From Eledone cirrhosa (Eukaryota): a stretch of DNA of 64,000 nt. The position numbers and the translations under genes are program-made. The stretch spans positions 61,504,001 through 61,568,000 of the forward strand of contig OZ024742.1 in NCBI GenBank assembly GCA_964016885.1, read 5' to 3'. The notes beneath the pieces were generated by a model. The model ran no database searches and had not been told where the DNA came from. It saw nothing but the letters and a program-made list of their open reading frames with translations. Position 1 is the stretch's first letter; each line of letters begins with the position of its first letter. Below, piece by piece: positions 12,652-27,068 of the stretch.

Positions 12652-14028
12652 ATTAGACGGCAACCAATATTAATTATATCTAGAGGAGAAAATAATATTG
12701 TACAGACAAGAAGCTGCTGACGCAGGCAAATGGGAATCAACGAGAGACATCAGATAACTGAAAAATATACGTCGTAATTTGAAATGCCCGCATGACTCAT
12801 TCCAACATCATAAATTAACCACAAAACTCATTAGAAAAACAAACCGACCAAAAACATGTCACAACCTCTGTTGAACAACATGTCTCACCATTGCTTCATT
12901 GACAAGATGATACACAGAAGAACCAAACAAAAAGGCCAATGAGGTCCACTATATCAAACATGGTACATTACGAAACTTTTCGTCAGGCTCGACGACATCA
13001 TCTCAGATTGACGGAGGAGATTGGCTGTCGATATACCGAGGTCGCTGAAGCGAACGGTATGAAGCCAAATTTGTCTACCAATTAGTAACTAGTTGACTTC
13101 TGCTCATTTGCGTTGTGAACCGTAGTTCCCGGATATAAGCCCAAATCACGTGATATCTTCTTTTGAAAAAGAAAAAGTTTTGTCCCTTTCTGGGCACCTT
13201 TTATCCCCACAGTTGAGTTTAATACGTAAATGGCTCTAGAAATCATGTGTATTGATGACTCGAGAAGGCATGATATGTATCTCGCGGAGAAATGAAACAG
13301 ACAATCAGAATTGGTGAATTCTTGCCGACAGCGATATTCATATCTATGTAAATTTCAAATATCCACGCATTAAAATAGTTTATTTCTTACATAGTGGATT
13401 CACCATACTCTCAAAGATGACTACTTATATAAAAAAAAAAAAAAGAGATTCGGTTTTTATCAGTAAAATTACATTAAAAGTACTGACTTTTCAAAGCGTC
13501 CATAACTGGTAGTAGAAATGGCGTGTTAGTGGAATTCGTTAAAAGTGCCTAAAACTGTGATAGTGCTGAACTCAATGCTAAGAGATTACATTTCTTCTAC
13601 AGCATACTTTACATGAAACAGTTACTGATTGAATTTGAGAAAACTAAGTGCATTGGCATTTATTGAAATTATATAATAATATATAATATAAATACAACAT
13701 AGTATAACAGTGTACAGCCTATTAGAAATATATGCCGCACAATTATGTCGATAAAAGGGGTTAATTTACCGTACGAGCAATTATTCAAACTATATATCAA
13801 CATTTTTCCTTTCTTTAATAATTTTTACATTTAAATCAGATACAAATATATTCACGTTAATGGCAAATAAATAAAAGCAACATTTTTATATCCAAACAAG
13901 ATTTATACAAACGGAAATAAGCTGCCATCGTTTTTTATATATATATATGTACACGCAGATATATACATTCATATATATGTGTACGTCTATACATATTTGT
14001 GTGTGTCTATATAAATATGTACATGAAC

Positions 14029-14096
<68 letters not shown>

Positions 14097-14144
14097 TATA
14101 TACATATGCATATGTATGGATGAAAGAAAGAGGGATAGATACAG

Positions 14145-14203
<59 letters not shown>

Positions 14204-14267
14204 TAGGTAGAACACTGGAAGGTAATATCCGTAGTGGTAGAGCACTCAGTCCATGGAACGAGTTAGG

Positions 14268-14342
<75 letters not shown>

Positions 14343-15000
14343 CTCTCACCCTCTCTTTCATTCATATATTTCTAATTGTGTGTATGCATGTGTATGTGTG
14401 CACGTATATTTGTGTGTATGTGATATAGCTGCATTAGCAAGTTTTGTAAACTTATATGTAATTACGCAAAACTGCTCAAAGTAATGATATACCGTCGCTG
14501 TAAGTAATATTTAAAGTTAAAGACATAGCAGACACATTATAGAACATTGCTATTCAGATTAAATATACTGATTTACCTTCTCTTTCTTTGCTAAATCCTC
14601 TCTTTCTATCTCGCTTTTCCTTTTCTTTATTATCGGAATTAAATTGTCCATAAAAGTGCTGCTTGTGACTAAGTAGGCGCCTAGTATCTAGTGCTTCTTG
14701 ACTGCAATGTTGAGTGGTTATCGGACATTTAACTCAATACACTTAAGTTTTCTTTTGTTTCTGTTTTAATATTCCAAGGACAATGTTTGTTGACTCCTTT
14801 GTCAGACACAGTGACCTCCGATGGACCAGCAATGACGTCGGTAGAGGAGAAAAATGTGTACAACACATTCCTTAAATTATGGTGTAAACAGAGTTAAGCA
14901 CTCCATGTCAGGTGTATGGGACCGCATAGTACACGGGGGAGTGTTCTTATGCATATAAACCAGTTTTAACATTTATTTGTATATAAATATATATATATAA

Positions 15001-15080
<80 letters not shown>

Positions 15081-15102
15081 AGATCAAAAGATGGTTAAAT
15101 GA

Positions 15103-15186
15103 GTTCCATGTATTTTATTATGCGCATTTCAAAAACAAATATCATCATGCAATAACATTTGTGTTTTCATCAGATAAAATAGGAAG
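15103..15186 (-). ncRNA. Minimal type I hammerhead ribozyme
   Basis: UUUUAU-CUGAUGA-long stem II-GAAA-UGCGCA-UA-AUAAAA, with a palindromic stem III. Confidence 0.85.
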
Positions 15187-16102
15187 ACATGATATGAAGG
15201 TTAAAAAACACTTGTGAATAGTGCAGTTTTAAATCAACATATAAGAAGTAGTTTTAGATTGATGTGTGATATTGGGAAACAAAATTTGATGGGGGGGGGG
15301 TGGAAAGGATGAAAAAGAGGAGGAGATGAGAGTAAGAAGTGGAGGGGGAGGAGTATAATGAGGAAGGATGAGATAGGAGGAGAGATGGGTGATAGAGAGA
15401 GAGAGATAGCTTTTAGAACTGAGAAAAATATATTGTTTTACCTAGAGAGGTTGAAAAACCGTTGGAAGATAATATATAAATTAAAAGAATTTGAAAATTA
15501 ACGAAGAGAAAAAATAATGTTAAGTTAAGGTTTGTATATTGAAGGGTTTAATAATATGTGCGATGAAAAGAAAATTGTTAATATGTATTAAGAATAATAT
15601 TTAAGGGTTTAATAATATGTGCGATGGAAAGAAAATGTTGATATGTATTATTAAAAATATAGCAATAGTAATGTAAGTAAGGATATATTGTGAAAGAAGT
15701 AGAAGATAGGATGAATAAGTTAGATGAGCATGAAAGGGAGAAAAAAATAATGAATTGAGGATGAATAATCTAACGTCAAAAAAAATGTTTATATTTACGA
15801 AGGATTTTTTTCAAGGTGATATAAAGTAAGAATATATTGTACTGTGTAATAATTGTTTCTATGTTAGGCACAATGAGAAAAGGTACAGATTATGGGTTAG
15901 AAATTAAAAGAAAAAGAAAAGAAAAGGAAAAGGAAGAAAGGGAAGTGATAAATAGGAGTGATATAGAATGAGTAACTAGTATTATATAATGTATAATAAA
16001 TAACTTTGAAATAAGGTAGAAAGATGGGTATATGTTTAAAGAAGTATATATATATATATGTGCCTTTGAGAAAAGGATTTTAAATTGATAAAGTATTAGA
16101 TA

Positions 16103-17828
16103 TTAGCTGTATACTTTATGGAATGTTCTGTGGAATTTATGCAAGCAGAGAGAAAACAAGTCAGTGCGTCTATTTATTATAGAATCTAAATTAGATATAA
16201 TGGTAAATGTTTCATTTAAACAGAGATTGCAAGTCTTGGATAGAGAACTGTTCAAGTAGGGAGAAGCAGAAGAAACCTTTTTCCAAGAGATGTTATATTT
16301 AATATTTTTGTCTTTCAAGGACCATATGAGTTCTGAGAGTGCCGTGTTGGTTCTTGTAAGTTGGTATTTAAAAGACGAATGATGATTATAAAGATGAGCT
16401 TTGAAGGAGGTGGAAGTGGAGCCAAAATAGGTGAAGGAATTGGTGTCAGTTATAACTTTACATTCGTAGATTAAGTTTTTTTCAAGACAATGGTTGTTGA
16501 GAGGACATTTATTTTTAACAGGGCAATTGCAATTGCGATTAGAGAGATTAGCAGAGTTATTAACGAGTGATCTAGTGTTATCTATAGAAGGAATTGGATT
16601 GGAGAAGTTATTTACGATAGGAATAATAGTTTCTTGATTTAGAATGGGATTAAGAACATTTAGCGAAGTTGTGTTTGACGTTGTATTTGGGTTTGCAGAG
16701 ATTAGCCTAGAGTTTACAATGACGTCGGGAGTACTATTACTATTATTATGATATTCAGTGTTGGAAGGAAGAGATTTAGTATTTAGTATTTTATTGTTGT
16801 GTTTAGAGATAATGTTGGAAATGTTGGAGGAGGTCGAATGGGAAAATTTTATAGTGTGTTTGTTAAATATTTTACTATAGATATGTGAGGGAGGGAAGCA
16901 TTTATTTAAGGCACTAAAGAATAATTTAGGAATATTATTATTAATAGAGATGGAGAAAGGAGCATTATACCAGATTATGTTTTTGTATCTAGGTCTTTTA
17001 TTAAAGTTATTGGAATGATCATGATTAATTATTCTACTGTAAGATCTTCTAGAATTTGTTTCCTTACTATATTTGATTTTATCAGGATAGCCGGCTTTAG
17101 AAAGCGCGTTATTATAGTAATTGGCGTTAGCATCAAAGATGTTTTTATTAGAAGATAGGTTAGATATTCTTTTTCCAATATTACTAACTATAGCATTCTT
17201 AATATTAGTGGGGTGGTTAGATTTAAAATTAACATAATTTAGGTTCTCATTGTTTTTATGGTAAGGGTAATATAGGCCAGTGTCAAGATTAAGAGATACA
17301 TCCAAGAAATTAGCTAGTTTCATGCTGTTATCAAATTCAATTTTTAAGTTATGTTGGTTAAAGAGATTACGTATATTGTTCTTAATAATATTAAGGTTAA
17401 CTATGTTGCAATTTAAGACAGTAAAGAGTCCATCGTCACGATAAATTCCACCGCGAAGTTGAGGAATTTTCCGACTCAAAGAGTTCAAAATAAAGATACC
17501 CATTAAATCTGTCAATTGGGATGAATAGGATGCTCCCATTGTGATGTCGAAGTTGTTAGAGGTATCAGCTCTGGTCCAATATTCATTGTTGAACTCTAGG
17601 ATGGTTTTACGTGCGGTGAGAATGATGTGAAGTTCATCTGTGGTGATGTCAGAATATTTAAATGCGAAAGATAGAGCATTGTTGGGAAGTGAAGGCGAAA
17701 TAGAAGAATAGTAGCTGGCAATATCAAATTGAACAAATTTTAGTTTGTTTTTATTATTCAATTTGTTGAACCAGCCAATCACTTCAGAAGTATCAAACCA
17801 TAAGTTTAAGTTCAAAGAAGAGCAATTA
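16103..17828 (-). CDS. PLE RT/GIY-YIG protein, N-terminally truncated
   Basis: Motifs QFDIASYY, ITMGA, YRDDGL, NFLDV, linker CNCPVKNKCPLNNHC (CxCx5Cx5C) and LIY...YFGST. The first residues of the listed ORF come from the inverted repeat. Confidence 0.9.
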
Positions 17829-18112
17829 TAAATGCGCATAATAAAATACATGGAACTCTTTTAACCATCTTTTGATCTTATATTATGTATACTCCAGTCC
17901 TACAAACTGTAGAGTGCTTCTTATCCGATATCTGCATTGCTTTATTGTACTACAATAAAACTCACCTCCTACATATATATATATATATATTCTGGCATAT
18001 CAGTGCTAACAAAGTGGAAAATACAGCACTCATTATCAATTTACAATGGACCCTGGAAACTGATCCCTGCTCTCTAATGTCTATCAGGCTAACGACAACA
18101 GTTGAGACCAAC

Positions 18113-18143
<31 letters not shown>

Positions 18144-18428
18144 GATCAACGTAGAATATAGCATGTCGAAATATCGAAGTAAGGATTTGTGAAGCTATTC
18201 AATTTCAATAATATTCAATATAATTGGAGTCAGTTTTTTACAAGTTAGCGGCAGACTGACCAATGAAAAGGTTGAATTACGATGCAATAACTAAATATGA
18301 AATAGCTGCAACTCTTCACAAATGTAAACACACATGCATATACACACACACACACACTTACACACAGGCACATACACACACTTACACACACATACACCTA
18401 CATACACATACATACTCCCACATATATA

Positions 18429-19682
18429 TATGAGGGTCGGCTAAAACGTTCATAGGTTGACCTAAATAATCTCATGGAATGTGCCTAAATGAGATTTATT
18501 TTTCAACGTAGTCCCATTTGCGGTACACACACTTCCCCCACCGGTGTTGCAATGCTTGGATCCCATTAGTGAAGAAGCTTTCATCCTGTAGGTAAAAAAT
18601 ATTCATCAACAGCAGATATGATGTCATCATCACTACGATTCAGGTCATTATCCAAGTGTTTTTTCATGTTAGGAATCAAACGATAGTTATATTGGGACAA
18701 ATCAGGAAAATAGGTAGGGTGGTCAACTATCCACAGTCACGCACAGCAGACATTGAAACCAAGGACTTTTGTGCTGGAGCATTGTCCTGATGAAACAAGA
18801 CGCTTTTCACCCGTTTTTCTAGGCGTTTGATCTTGGTAGCCTTTCGTAACTATCGCAGCAAGATGGCATAATGTAACTCTTTTGAAGATAGTCAGTAAAT
18901 ACAATGCATCCAAAACACTAAGGTTATCGCCTTCTCTGTAATGAACGATTTTTGCCTACTTTGGAGCAGTTGAGGAGGGACGTTTCCACTAAATGGATTG
19001 TCTCTTAATCTCTGGCTCAAAGTGATGCACTCAACACTCAATGGATTAGGAATTATTCAACGAAATTAGTTAGATCTGCCTCAAACAATGCCAGATTTTC
19101 CCGTGAGGTAGTCAGCCTGGTGTGCTTTTGATCAGGTGTCAGTAGACGTGGCACCCACCAAGCAGAAACCTTCGTCATTCCAAGTTTATTGTGCAGAATA
19201 TTCTTAACTTTCCCACGGGATATGCTAATAGCATTGGCTATTTCTTTTATAGTCAGTTGACTGTCATCCAACATCATGTGGTGAACACGATCAATATTTT
19301 TCTCGGTGGTGGCAGTTGCAGGACGTCTAGGCAATGGGTCATTTTCAAGACTCTCCCTTCTCCTAAATTCAGCTGCCCACATTTGCATTGTTGATAAAGC
19401 TGGAACGTCATCTACTAATGAAGCTACCATGTCAGCATAAATGTCCTTGGGGACTAACTACTTTTTCTGCAGGTACACGGTGTCAAATTTTGTCAAGAGA
19501 AATCGCTCTTAGCTACATATGAAGCCTTCTTTAAAAAGCAAGATGTCTATTTACCTGAACAAAAACAATGCAGTTATTAATAAGGAGAGTAGAAATGAAA
19601 TTAATGAAATTAATGCATGCACGAGTTCCCAGCTCTAGCGTCAATCTTTAGTCAGCCTATGAACTTTCAGCCCTCCCTCGTG
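18429..19682 (-). mobile_element. Decayed mariner DNA transposon
   Basis: Imperfect TIRs of about 32 bp (18429-18461 and 19651-19682) with TA flanks. Transposase fragment 19053-19430 has an HTH-like region and WVPRLLT. Confidence 0.88.
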
Positions 19683-19744
<62 letters not shown>

Positions 19745-19746
19745 CG

Positions 19747-19819
<73 letters not shown>

Positions 19820-19900
19820 GGTAAACAGAAATAACAACACAATCGGTACAGTATATGGAAGGTATATATTAGGTTAATGCTTGATATAGCAAGAAGAGGG

Positions 19901-19936
19901 TCTTAACGTTTCGGACGCTAGTCCTTCATCAGAATA
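19901..19936 (-). ncRNA. Minimal hammerhead core with weak stem I
   Basis: CUGAUGA-A-GGAC-UAGC-GUCC-GAAACGUUA. Confidence 0.65.
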
Positions 19937-19942
19937 AATAAT

Positions 19943-20126
19943 TGTTTCTACTTTTTGGCACAAGGCCAGCAATTATCCAGTACATTACTGGTACTTTATT
20001 TTATCGACCCCGTAAGGATGAAAGGCAAAGTTAACCTCGGCGGGATTTGAACTCAGACCGTAAAGGGACGTAACTATGCTGGAAAGCATGGCGTCCGACT
20101 CTCTACTGATACTGCCACTCCACCGC
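19943..20126 (-). mobile_element. tRNA-derived SINE, full length, with 16-bp TSD
   Basis: Same family as 10507. TSD CATCAGAATAAATAAT at 19927-19942 and 20127-20142. Confidence 0.92.
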
Positions 20127-21339
20127 CATCAGAATAAATAATGAGAAATAAAATAGATTGAGGGGACGGGTGGGATGGAATTGGAAAAAAATGTCTTTAG
20201 ATAAAAATAACAGGCCCATTCATGTTGACATCTCTTGCAAAACTGTTGGTGCTTGCGTTTTGGTTATGATTTGTTTAGAAAAGTGGATGATGGAGCGATC
20301 TACCTGAAATGGAAAAAAAAACGTTTTGTAAAAAGAGCTATACTTGAGCACGTGCGTAAGCATAAGTGTGTGTGTGTGTATGTGTGTGTCTGTGCTATTA
20401 TAGATCCGTACGCAGCTAAGAAGAAATGTGTGTGTATATGTGAGTAAAAGAGTGTGTGTGATGCATGTATATGTGGGGGTGGGTAGAGTCGAGAAGAGGG
20501 GTAAAATTTCATACAAACCAATTATTGTAAATAAAAAGTGAAAGTGAAAAACACAGGGGTATATCTAAAGATTATTTTCTCATTAATCCGACAGAATAGA
20601 TATTTTTATAATTGTGACATTAGATTTAAATTTTGTTAAATATGATCAGTATCGATTGGTAAACCTCATCAAATATTTTTAAAAGTTTGTTATCATATTC
20701 TGTAGACGGTTAAAACATATGTGAATTTTCTGACAAAATGTTTTCTTGTGTTCTTTATGAAATTGGAGTCGTGATGGCGGAAGTGGGGTTCAACAGATTA
20801 GGATTCGATTGATTCACTAGAAAATTATTTTGGTTTAAACAGAAAATTTATAATAATGGTCCAGATGGCATATTGCTGTTCTGTAGTATATGTAGGTGTC
20901 GGTGTGGTTGTGTGTGTGTGGATGTGTGCATTTAGGTGGGGTTCTATTGTATCAAGAGTTCAAGATAATTTCAGAGTTTGTGAAAATGGCTAAAAATGGC
21001 TAGGAGTAGATATATATATTTTTTCTTTTGTTTCGTGGTGTGTACGAGCGTGTGTGTGTGTGTGTGAGTTTACGTGTGGTTCCATCAAGTTTATTTTTAG
21101 GGTTTGCAGATAGCAGCAAGAATAAATGAAAGAAGGGAAGTAAAATAAAAAAAGTATTGACATGATTGAAAGGGGTTCGTTTGGGGGCGGTAAAAATTTG
21201 TCAAAGAATCTCTGGAAGATTTTGAAAAAAAGGGGAAGGAAAGAAATGAAAGTGTCTTCACTAGTGGCTTCCTTGGGGTTATGATTTTTCATTTGATCTT
21301 GTGTGTGTGGTTGCAAATCTAGGTGTGCTCAGATATATT

Positions 21340-21387
<48 letters not shown>

Positions 21388-21500
21388 GGAGGTGAGTTTT
21401 ATTGTAGTACAATAAAGCAATGCAGATATCGGATAAGAAGCACTCTACAGTTTGTGGGACTGGAGTATGCATAATATAAGATCAAAAGATGGTTAAAGGA

Positions 21501-21586
21501 GTTCCATATATTTTATTATGCGCATTTCAAAAACAAACATCATCAAGCAATAATATTTGTGTTTTCATCAGATAAAACAGGAGAAC
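21501..21586 (-). ncRNA. Minimal type I hammerhead ribozyme
   Basis: Same fold as 15103-15186. The stem II differences keep pairing through G-U/A-U swaps. Confidence 0.87.
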
Positions 21587-22562
21587 ATGATATGAAGGCT
21601 AAAAAAAAACACTTGTTGATAGTGCAGTTTTTAATCAACATATGAAAAGTGGTTTTAGATTGATATGTGATATTGGGAAAAATATTTTATTTAGAGAGGG
21701 GGGGGGGGAGGATGAAAAGGGAAGGAGATGAGAGGGAGAGATGGGTGATAGAGAGAAAGAGATAGTTTTTTATAACTGAGAGGAGATATATTTTTTACAT
21801 AGAGGGGTTGAAAACCGTTGGAAGATACTGTATAAATTAAAAATTTTGAAAATTAACGAAGGGAGGATATGTGCGAGGAAAAAATATTTTATTTAGGGAG
21901 GGGGGGTGGAAAGGATGAAAAAAAGGGGGGAGGAGATGAGAGTGAAGGTGGAGAGGGAGAGATGGGTGATAGAGAGAAAGAGATAGTTTTTATAACTGAG
22001 AAAAAGATATATTGTTTTAATATAGAGAGGTTGGGAACCGTTGGAAGATAATGTATAAATTAAAGGAATTTGAAAATTAACGAAGGGAAATTATGTATGA
22101 AGATAGAGAGAAAAAAATAATAATTGTGGGTGAATATTCTAACGTCAAAAGAAGAAATGTATGTATTGTGGCAATTTAAAAATTAGCGAAGAGAAAAAAT
22201 GTTAAGGTTTGTGTGTAGAAGGATTTGAGAGAAATAATGTGAAGTTAAAGTTTGTATATTGAATTGATATGTATTAATAATGAGTTCGTTGATGGGGAGA
22301 AAAAAATAATAATAAATTAAGGATGAAATTGAGATTAAAAAGATTTATGATAGAGAGAAAAAATAATAATGATTGCGGATGAATATTCAAAATGTCAAAA
22401 ACAAATGTTATTATTTTACGAGAAGATAGAATGAGGGTAATGAGTAAACGAGTATTATATAGTGTATAATGCCCTTTAAAGTAAGGTAGATGGGTATATT
22501 TTAAAGAGGTGTATGTATATGTGCCTTTGAGAAAAGATTCTAAATTGATAAAGAATTGAATA

Positions 22563-24435
22563 TTAACTGTATACTTTGTGAAAAGTTCTATGGAATTTAT
22601 GCAGGCAGATAGAAAACAAATCTGAGCGTCTATTTATTATAGATTCTAGGTTAGAGATAATGGTAAATTTTTCATTTAGGCAAAGATTACAGATTTTAGA
22701 TAGAGAGCTGTTCAAGTATGAGGATGCAGAAGAAATCTTTTTCCAAAAGATGTTATATTTAATGTTTTTGTCTTTTAAGGACCATATGAGTTCTGAGAGA
22801 GCAGTGTTAGTTCTTTTAAGTTTGTATTTGAAAGATGAATGATGATTATAGAGACGAGCTTTAAAAGAGGTGGAAGTGGAGCCAAAATAGGTGAAGGAAT
22901 TGGTGCTAGTTATAATTTTACATTCATAAATTAAGTTTTTATCGAGGCAATGGTTGTTGAGAGGACATTTATTTTTAATGCGGCAGTTGCAATTAGAGAG
23001 ATTATTAATGAGTGATCTAGTGTTATCTATAGAAGGAATTGGATTGGAGAAGTTGTTTGCGATAGGAATAATAGGAATAATAGTTTCTTGATTTAGAGTT
23101 GGATTATGAACATTTAGCGAAGTTGTGTTTGACGTTGTATTTGGGTTTACAGAAGTTTGCCTAGGGTTTACAATGACGTCGGGAGTACTATTACTGTTAT
23201 TATGAAATTCAATATTGGAAGGAAGAGATTTAGTATTTAATATTTTGTTGTTGTGTTTAGAGATGATGTTGGAAATATTGGAGGATGTAGAATACGAAAA
23301 TTTGATGGTGTGTTTGTTAAATATTTTACTATAGATATGTGAGGGAGGGAAGCATTTATTTAAGGCACTAAAAAATAATTTAGGAATATTGTTATTAATA
23401 GAGATGGAGAAAGGAGCATTATACCAGATTATGTTTTTGTATCTAGGTCTTTTATTAAAATTATTGGAATGGTCATGATTAATTATTCTACTGTAAGTTT
23501 TCCTAGAATTTGTTTCTTTATTATATTTGATTTTATCTGGATAGCCGGCTTTAGAAAGTGCGTTATTATAGTAATTGGCGTTAGCATCAAAGATGTTTTT
23601 ATTAGAAGATATGTTAGATATTCTATTTCCAATATTATTAACTATAGCATTCTTGATATTGGTAGGATGGTTAGATTTAAAGTTAACATAATTAAGATTC
23701 TCATTGTTTTTATGGTAAGGGTAGTATAGGCAAGTGTCAAGTTTAAGAGATACATCCAAGAAATTAGCTAGTTTGATACTATTATCAAATTCAATTTTTA
23801 GGTTATGTTGGTTAAAGAGATTACGTATATTGTTCTTAATAATATTAAGTTTAACTATATTGCAATTTAGGATAGTAAAGAGTCCATCGTCACGATAAAT
23901 TCCACCGCGAAGTTGAGGAATTTTCCGGCTCAAAGAGTTCAAAATGAAGATACCAATTAAATCAGTCAATTGGGATGAATCGGATGCTCCCATTGTGATG
24001 TCGAAGTTGTTAGAGGTATCGGCTCTGGTCCAATATTCGTTGTTGAACTCTAGGATGGTTTTACGTGCGGTGAGGATAATGTGAAGTTCATCTGTGGTGA
24101 TGTCAGAATATTTAAGTGCGAAAGATAGAGCATTATTGAGAAGTGAAGGCGAAATGGAGGAATAGTAGCTGGCAATATCGAATTGAATAAATTTTAGTTT
24201 GTTTTTATTATCCAATTTGTTGAACCAGCCAATCACTTCAGAAGTACCAAACCATAAATTTAGGTTTAAAGAAGAGCAATTAGAACTAACCTGTGGGATA
24301 ATCCTATCCAAGATGGCTTTACTAACAACCCCCAGATCAGATTTAGAGGGGGCGATTAATCTAACAGGTAGTTCAGTGCGAAAATTGTTTTTGTGATCCT
24401 TGAGATTTATCCTCGGAGGATAAATCTCAAGGATC
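22563..24435 (-). CDS. PLE RT/GIY-YIG protein, N-terminally truncated
   Basis: Motifs LKDHK, VRLIAPSKS, YRDDGL, CNCRIKNKCPLNNHC and FKARLYNH. The listed N-terminus MGDREKE derives from the inverted repeat. Confidence 0.92.
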
Positions 24436-24643
24436 ACAAAAACAATATATCTCCTCTCAGTTATAAAAACTATCTCTTTCTCTCTATCACCCATCTCTCC
24501 CTCTCATCTCCTTCCCTTTTCATCCCCCCCCCTCTCTAAATAAAATATTTTTCCCAATATCACACATCAATCTAAAACCACTTTTCATATGTTGATTAAA
24601 AACTGCACTATCAACAAGTGTTTTTTTTTAGCCTTCATATCAT

Positions 24644-24729
24644 GTTCTCCTGTTTTATCTGATGAAAACACAAATATTATTGCTTGATGATGTTTGTTTT
24701 TGAAATGCGCATAATAAAATATATGGAAC
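24644..24729 (+). ncRNA. Hammerhead ribozyme in the inverted terminal segment
   Basis: TTTTAT (24653) CTGATGA ... GAAA (24702) TGCGCA TA ATAAAA. Confidence 0.87.
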
Positions 24730-24777
24730 TCCTTTAACCATCTTTTGATCTTATATTATATATATATATATATATAT

Positions 24778-24940
24778 AGTAATAATAAATGGGAAGACTA
24801 ACATCCGAAGAGGACTGGAAAACGATTATATATAAATAAAAAACCCGTAGAGCAAATATTTATTATATGTACAGATTAATGTTTAAGCAAAGAATCGTTG
24901 CTTTCACTCTTTTACGGGATCTTCTGATAATCTGTACATA
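24778..24940 (-). mobile_element. Solo terminal fragment related to Naiad copy 3, with a diverged CAGAAGA hammerhead (24869-24937)
   Basis: Homologous to 31836-31911. Its tail TTAGTCTTC...TTATTATTACT matches the 5' leader of ORF 29008-31137. Confidence 0.7.
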
Positions 24941-24990
24941 TATATATATATATATGGCGGGGTGTATGTGTGTGTGTGGGTATGTGTGTA

Positions 24991-25062
<72 letters not shown>

Positions 25063-25479
25063 CATGTGTGTGTATGTGTGTGCTCGTTAATGCTCTACCT
25101 AATCTAGGTAGGATTCATAAATATTTTAAAATCCGATGTAATGTTGACAGGAATATCCTATCAAAGCAAAGTGAAATTTTTTTTGTGGAAGGATAACATT
25201 CCTTTAGCAGCCTTCGTGTAATCGGATTTATATAATGTTAAATGTTAAATGTGAAACAATAATAGTTAAATAATGAAAGTGCCATAGTTAAATACTCCAT
25301 TGAAATACGATCGTTTCAGAGAACAAAAATTATCGATGTGCAGAGCCCACGATAGCAGTTCTGCAGATCCATACCACTAACTTCGAAAGCAATCATTGAT
25401 TCTGCTGCCTATGCTCAGAAACAGTAGTTAATTTTTATTATATACTCATCTATTTAATAAAAATCATCCACACACACAC

Positions 25480-25631
25480 TCACTCTCTCTCTCCTCTATC
25501 TCCTCTCTCTCTCTCTCTCTCTCCTCTCTCTCTCCTCTCTCCTCTCTCTATCTCTCTCTCTCTCCTCTATCTCCTCTCTCTCTCTCTCTCTCGCTCTCTC
25601 TCTCTCTCTCCTCTCTCTCTTCTCTCTCCTC

Positions 25632-25662
<31 letters not shown>
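25480..25662. repeat. (CT)n microsatellite
   Basis: Direct reading. Confidence 0.95.
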
Positions 25663-26548
25663 ATGCATGGGAGCATGTTTGTGTTTAGTTTTTCGTTTGT
25701 GTTTACGATCAATAACTTAGCTTTTCGAAAAAAACTTATTCTCGGATCGATATGATCGACTAAATCAAGGCATTGCCCCTGCATGGACGCAGTCTAACAA
25801 CTGAAACCAGTAAAAGAATATAGAAATATTATATATTTTATTTAGCTATTTTATGTTATTTATATATTTATGTATTATTTCTATTTTTTCTTTATTTATT
25901 TTCCGACAGTTCGTTATACAGACATAATTTAAATTAAGCTGTTTATATATTTATTTTTGTTTACTCGTTTTATTCTTATATTTTATAGATATATTTTTCA
26001 GTTAATAATGTTTATTTATTTATTTAATCATTCATTTATTTATTTATGTATTTAAGTTCTACGACAATTTGTTGGGATGGCGTATATATATTTTTTTATT
26101 TTATTTATTTCAATTTATTGATCTTCAAACAACGCCTCTAGCTTATAATCCTATCTTCAAAGCGATACAACACATTGTTTTAGTTTTTCTACTTAGTCAT
26201 GGTGGGTGTTGATCGATGTTTTAGATCTGTTTACATTTTTTAATGCATGAATGTTTTTGTTTCTTTTCTGAATTATCAACACATTTCAGACTCTGGTGGA
26301 AATTTGTAAAATATGTTCTCCAGATTAAACATATTTAACACAAAATATATATATGGGAATACCGAACGCAAAAAATAACTGTCGCTGACTATAAATAATA
26401 GTTTAGAAATCGGGTAAAATACTCCTATAGAGAGATATGAATTATGATTCTCCGTAGTAGCTGCTTAACTCTATTTTATCCGATTAGCTGTTATTTATAC
26501 CAATCGACTGCTTTTTACAGTTTTCTGTGTTTGGAATTCTCGCATTTT

Positions 26549-26589
<41 letters not shown>

Positions 26590-27005
26590 GGGTGCATATT
26601 TATTTATATATATATGTACTTCACTTCCTGTTGCGCCATTCTATAAAGCTAAAATTGTTGTGCCAGAAATACCTGGAGGTTAACACTGCAATGGTCTGCA
26701 TCATTCCCTTAATTGGGTTTCCTATTCTTAGTGGATCAATGCTGATGAAACCCGGATAAACAGCGACACGCTGAGACAGGCTTTGAATTTTTATTTATGT
26801 CAAATTACTTTTGAATAAGTTATGAATTATGTCTACCACTATCCAAGAACAGCTACACATCGAGCCAAAGAGCGTCTTTACATAGTCACTAGATCTAATA
26901 TATATATATATAAGTGTATGTGTGGATGTGCATGTATGTGGGTGTGTGTGTGTGTGTATCTGTATGTGTATGAGCATATGTGTCTTTGCAAGCATATATA
27001 TTATG

Positions 27006-27061
<56 letters not shown>

Positions 27062-27068
<7 letters not shown>

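Larger units (their letters stand above)
15073..17972 (-). mobile_element. Penelope-like element (Naiad-type) copy 1, 5'-truncated, with inverted terminal segment 17830-17972, in (TA)n
   Basis: RT plus GIY-YIG ORF, about 1 kb 3' UTR, HHR near the 3' end and TA runs on both sides. Confidence 0.9.
19820..21340 (-). mobile_element. Old degraded PLE 3' portion, interrupted by a SINE
   Basis: HHR core at 19901-19936. The tail 19820-19915 is homologous to 37992-38080. Only faint coding remnants remain. Confidence 0.5.
21385..24760 (-). mobile_element. Penelope-like element (Naiad-type) copy 2, same family as copy 1, with inverted terminal segment 24436-24760
   Basis: ORF closely similar to copy 1. 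24436-24760 is the reverse complement of about 21471-21795. (TA)n on both sides. Confidence 0.92.

Noticed and set aside
13745-13765. AAAAGGGGTTAA, resembling a piggyBac end
   Set aside because: No partner terminus was found.
26740-26795. CTGATGA box (also CTGAAGA at 40442 and CTGACGA on the minus strand near 12980)
   Set aside because: No matching stem II, GAAA and stem I could be built.
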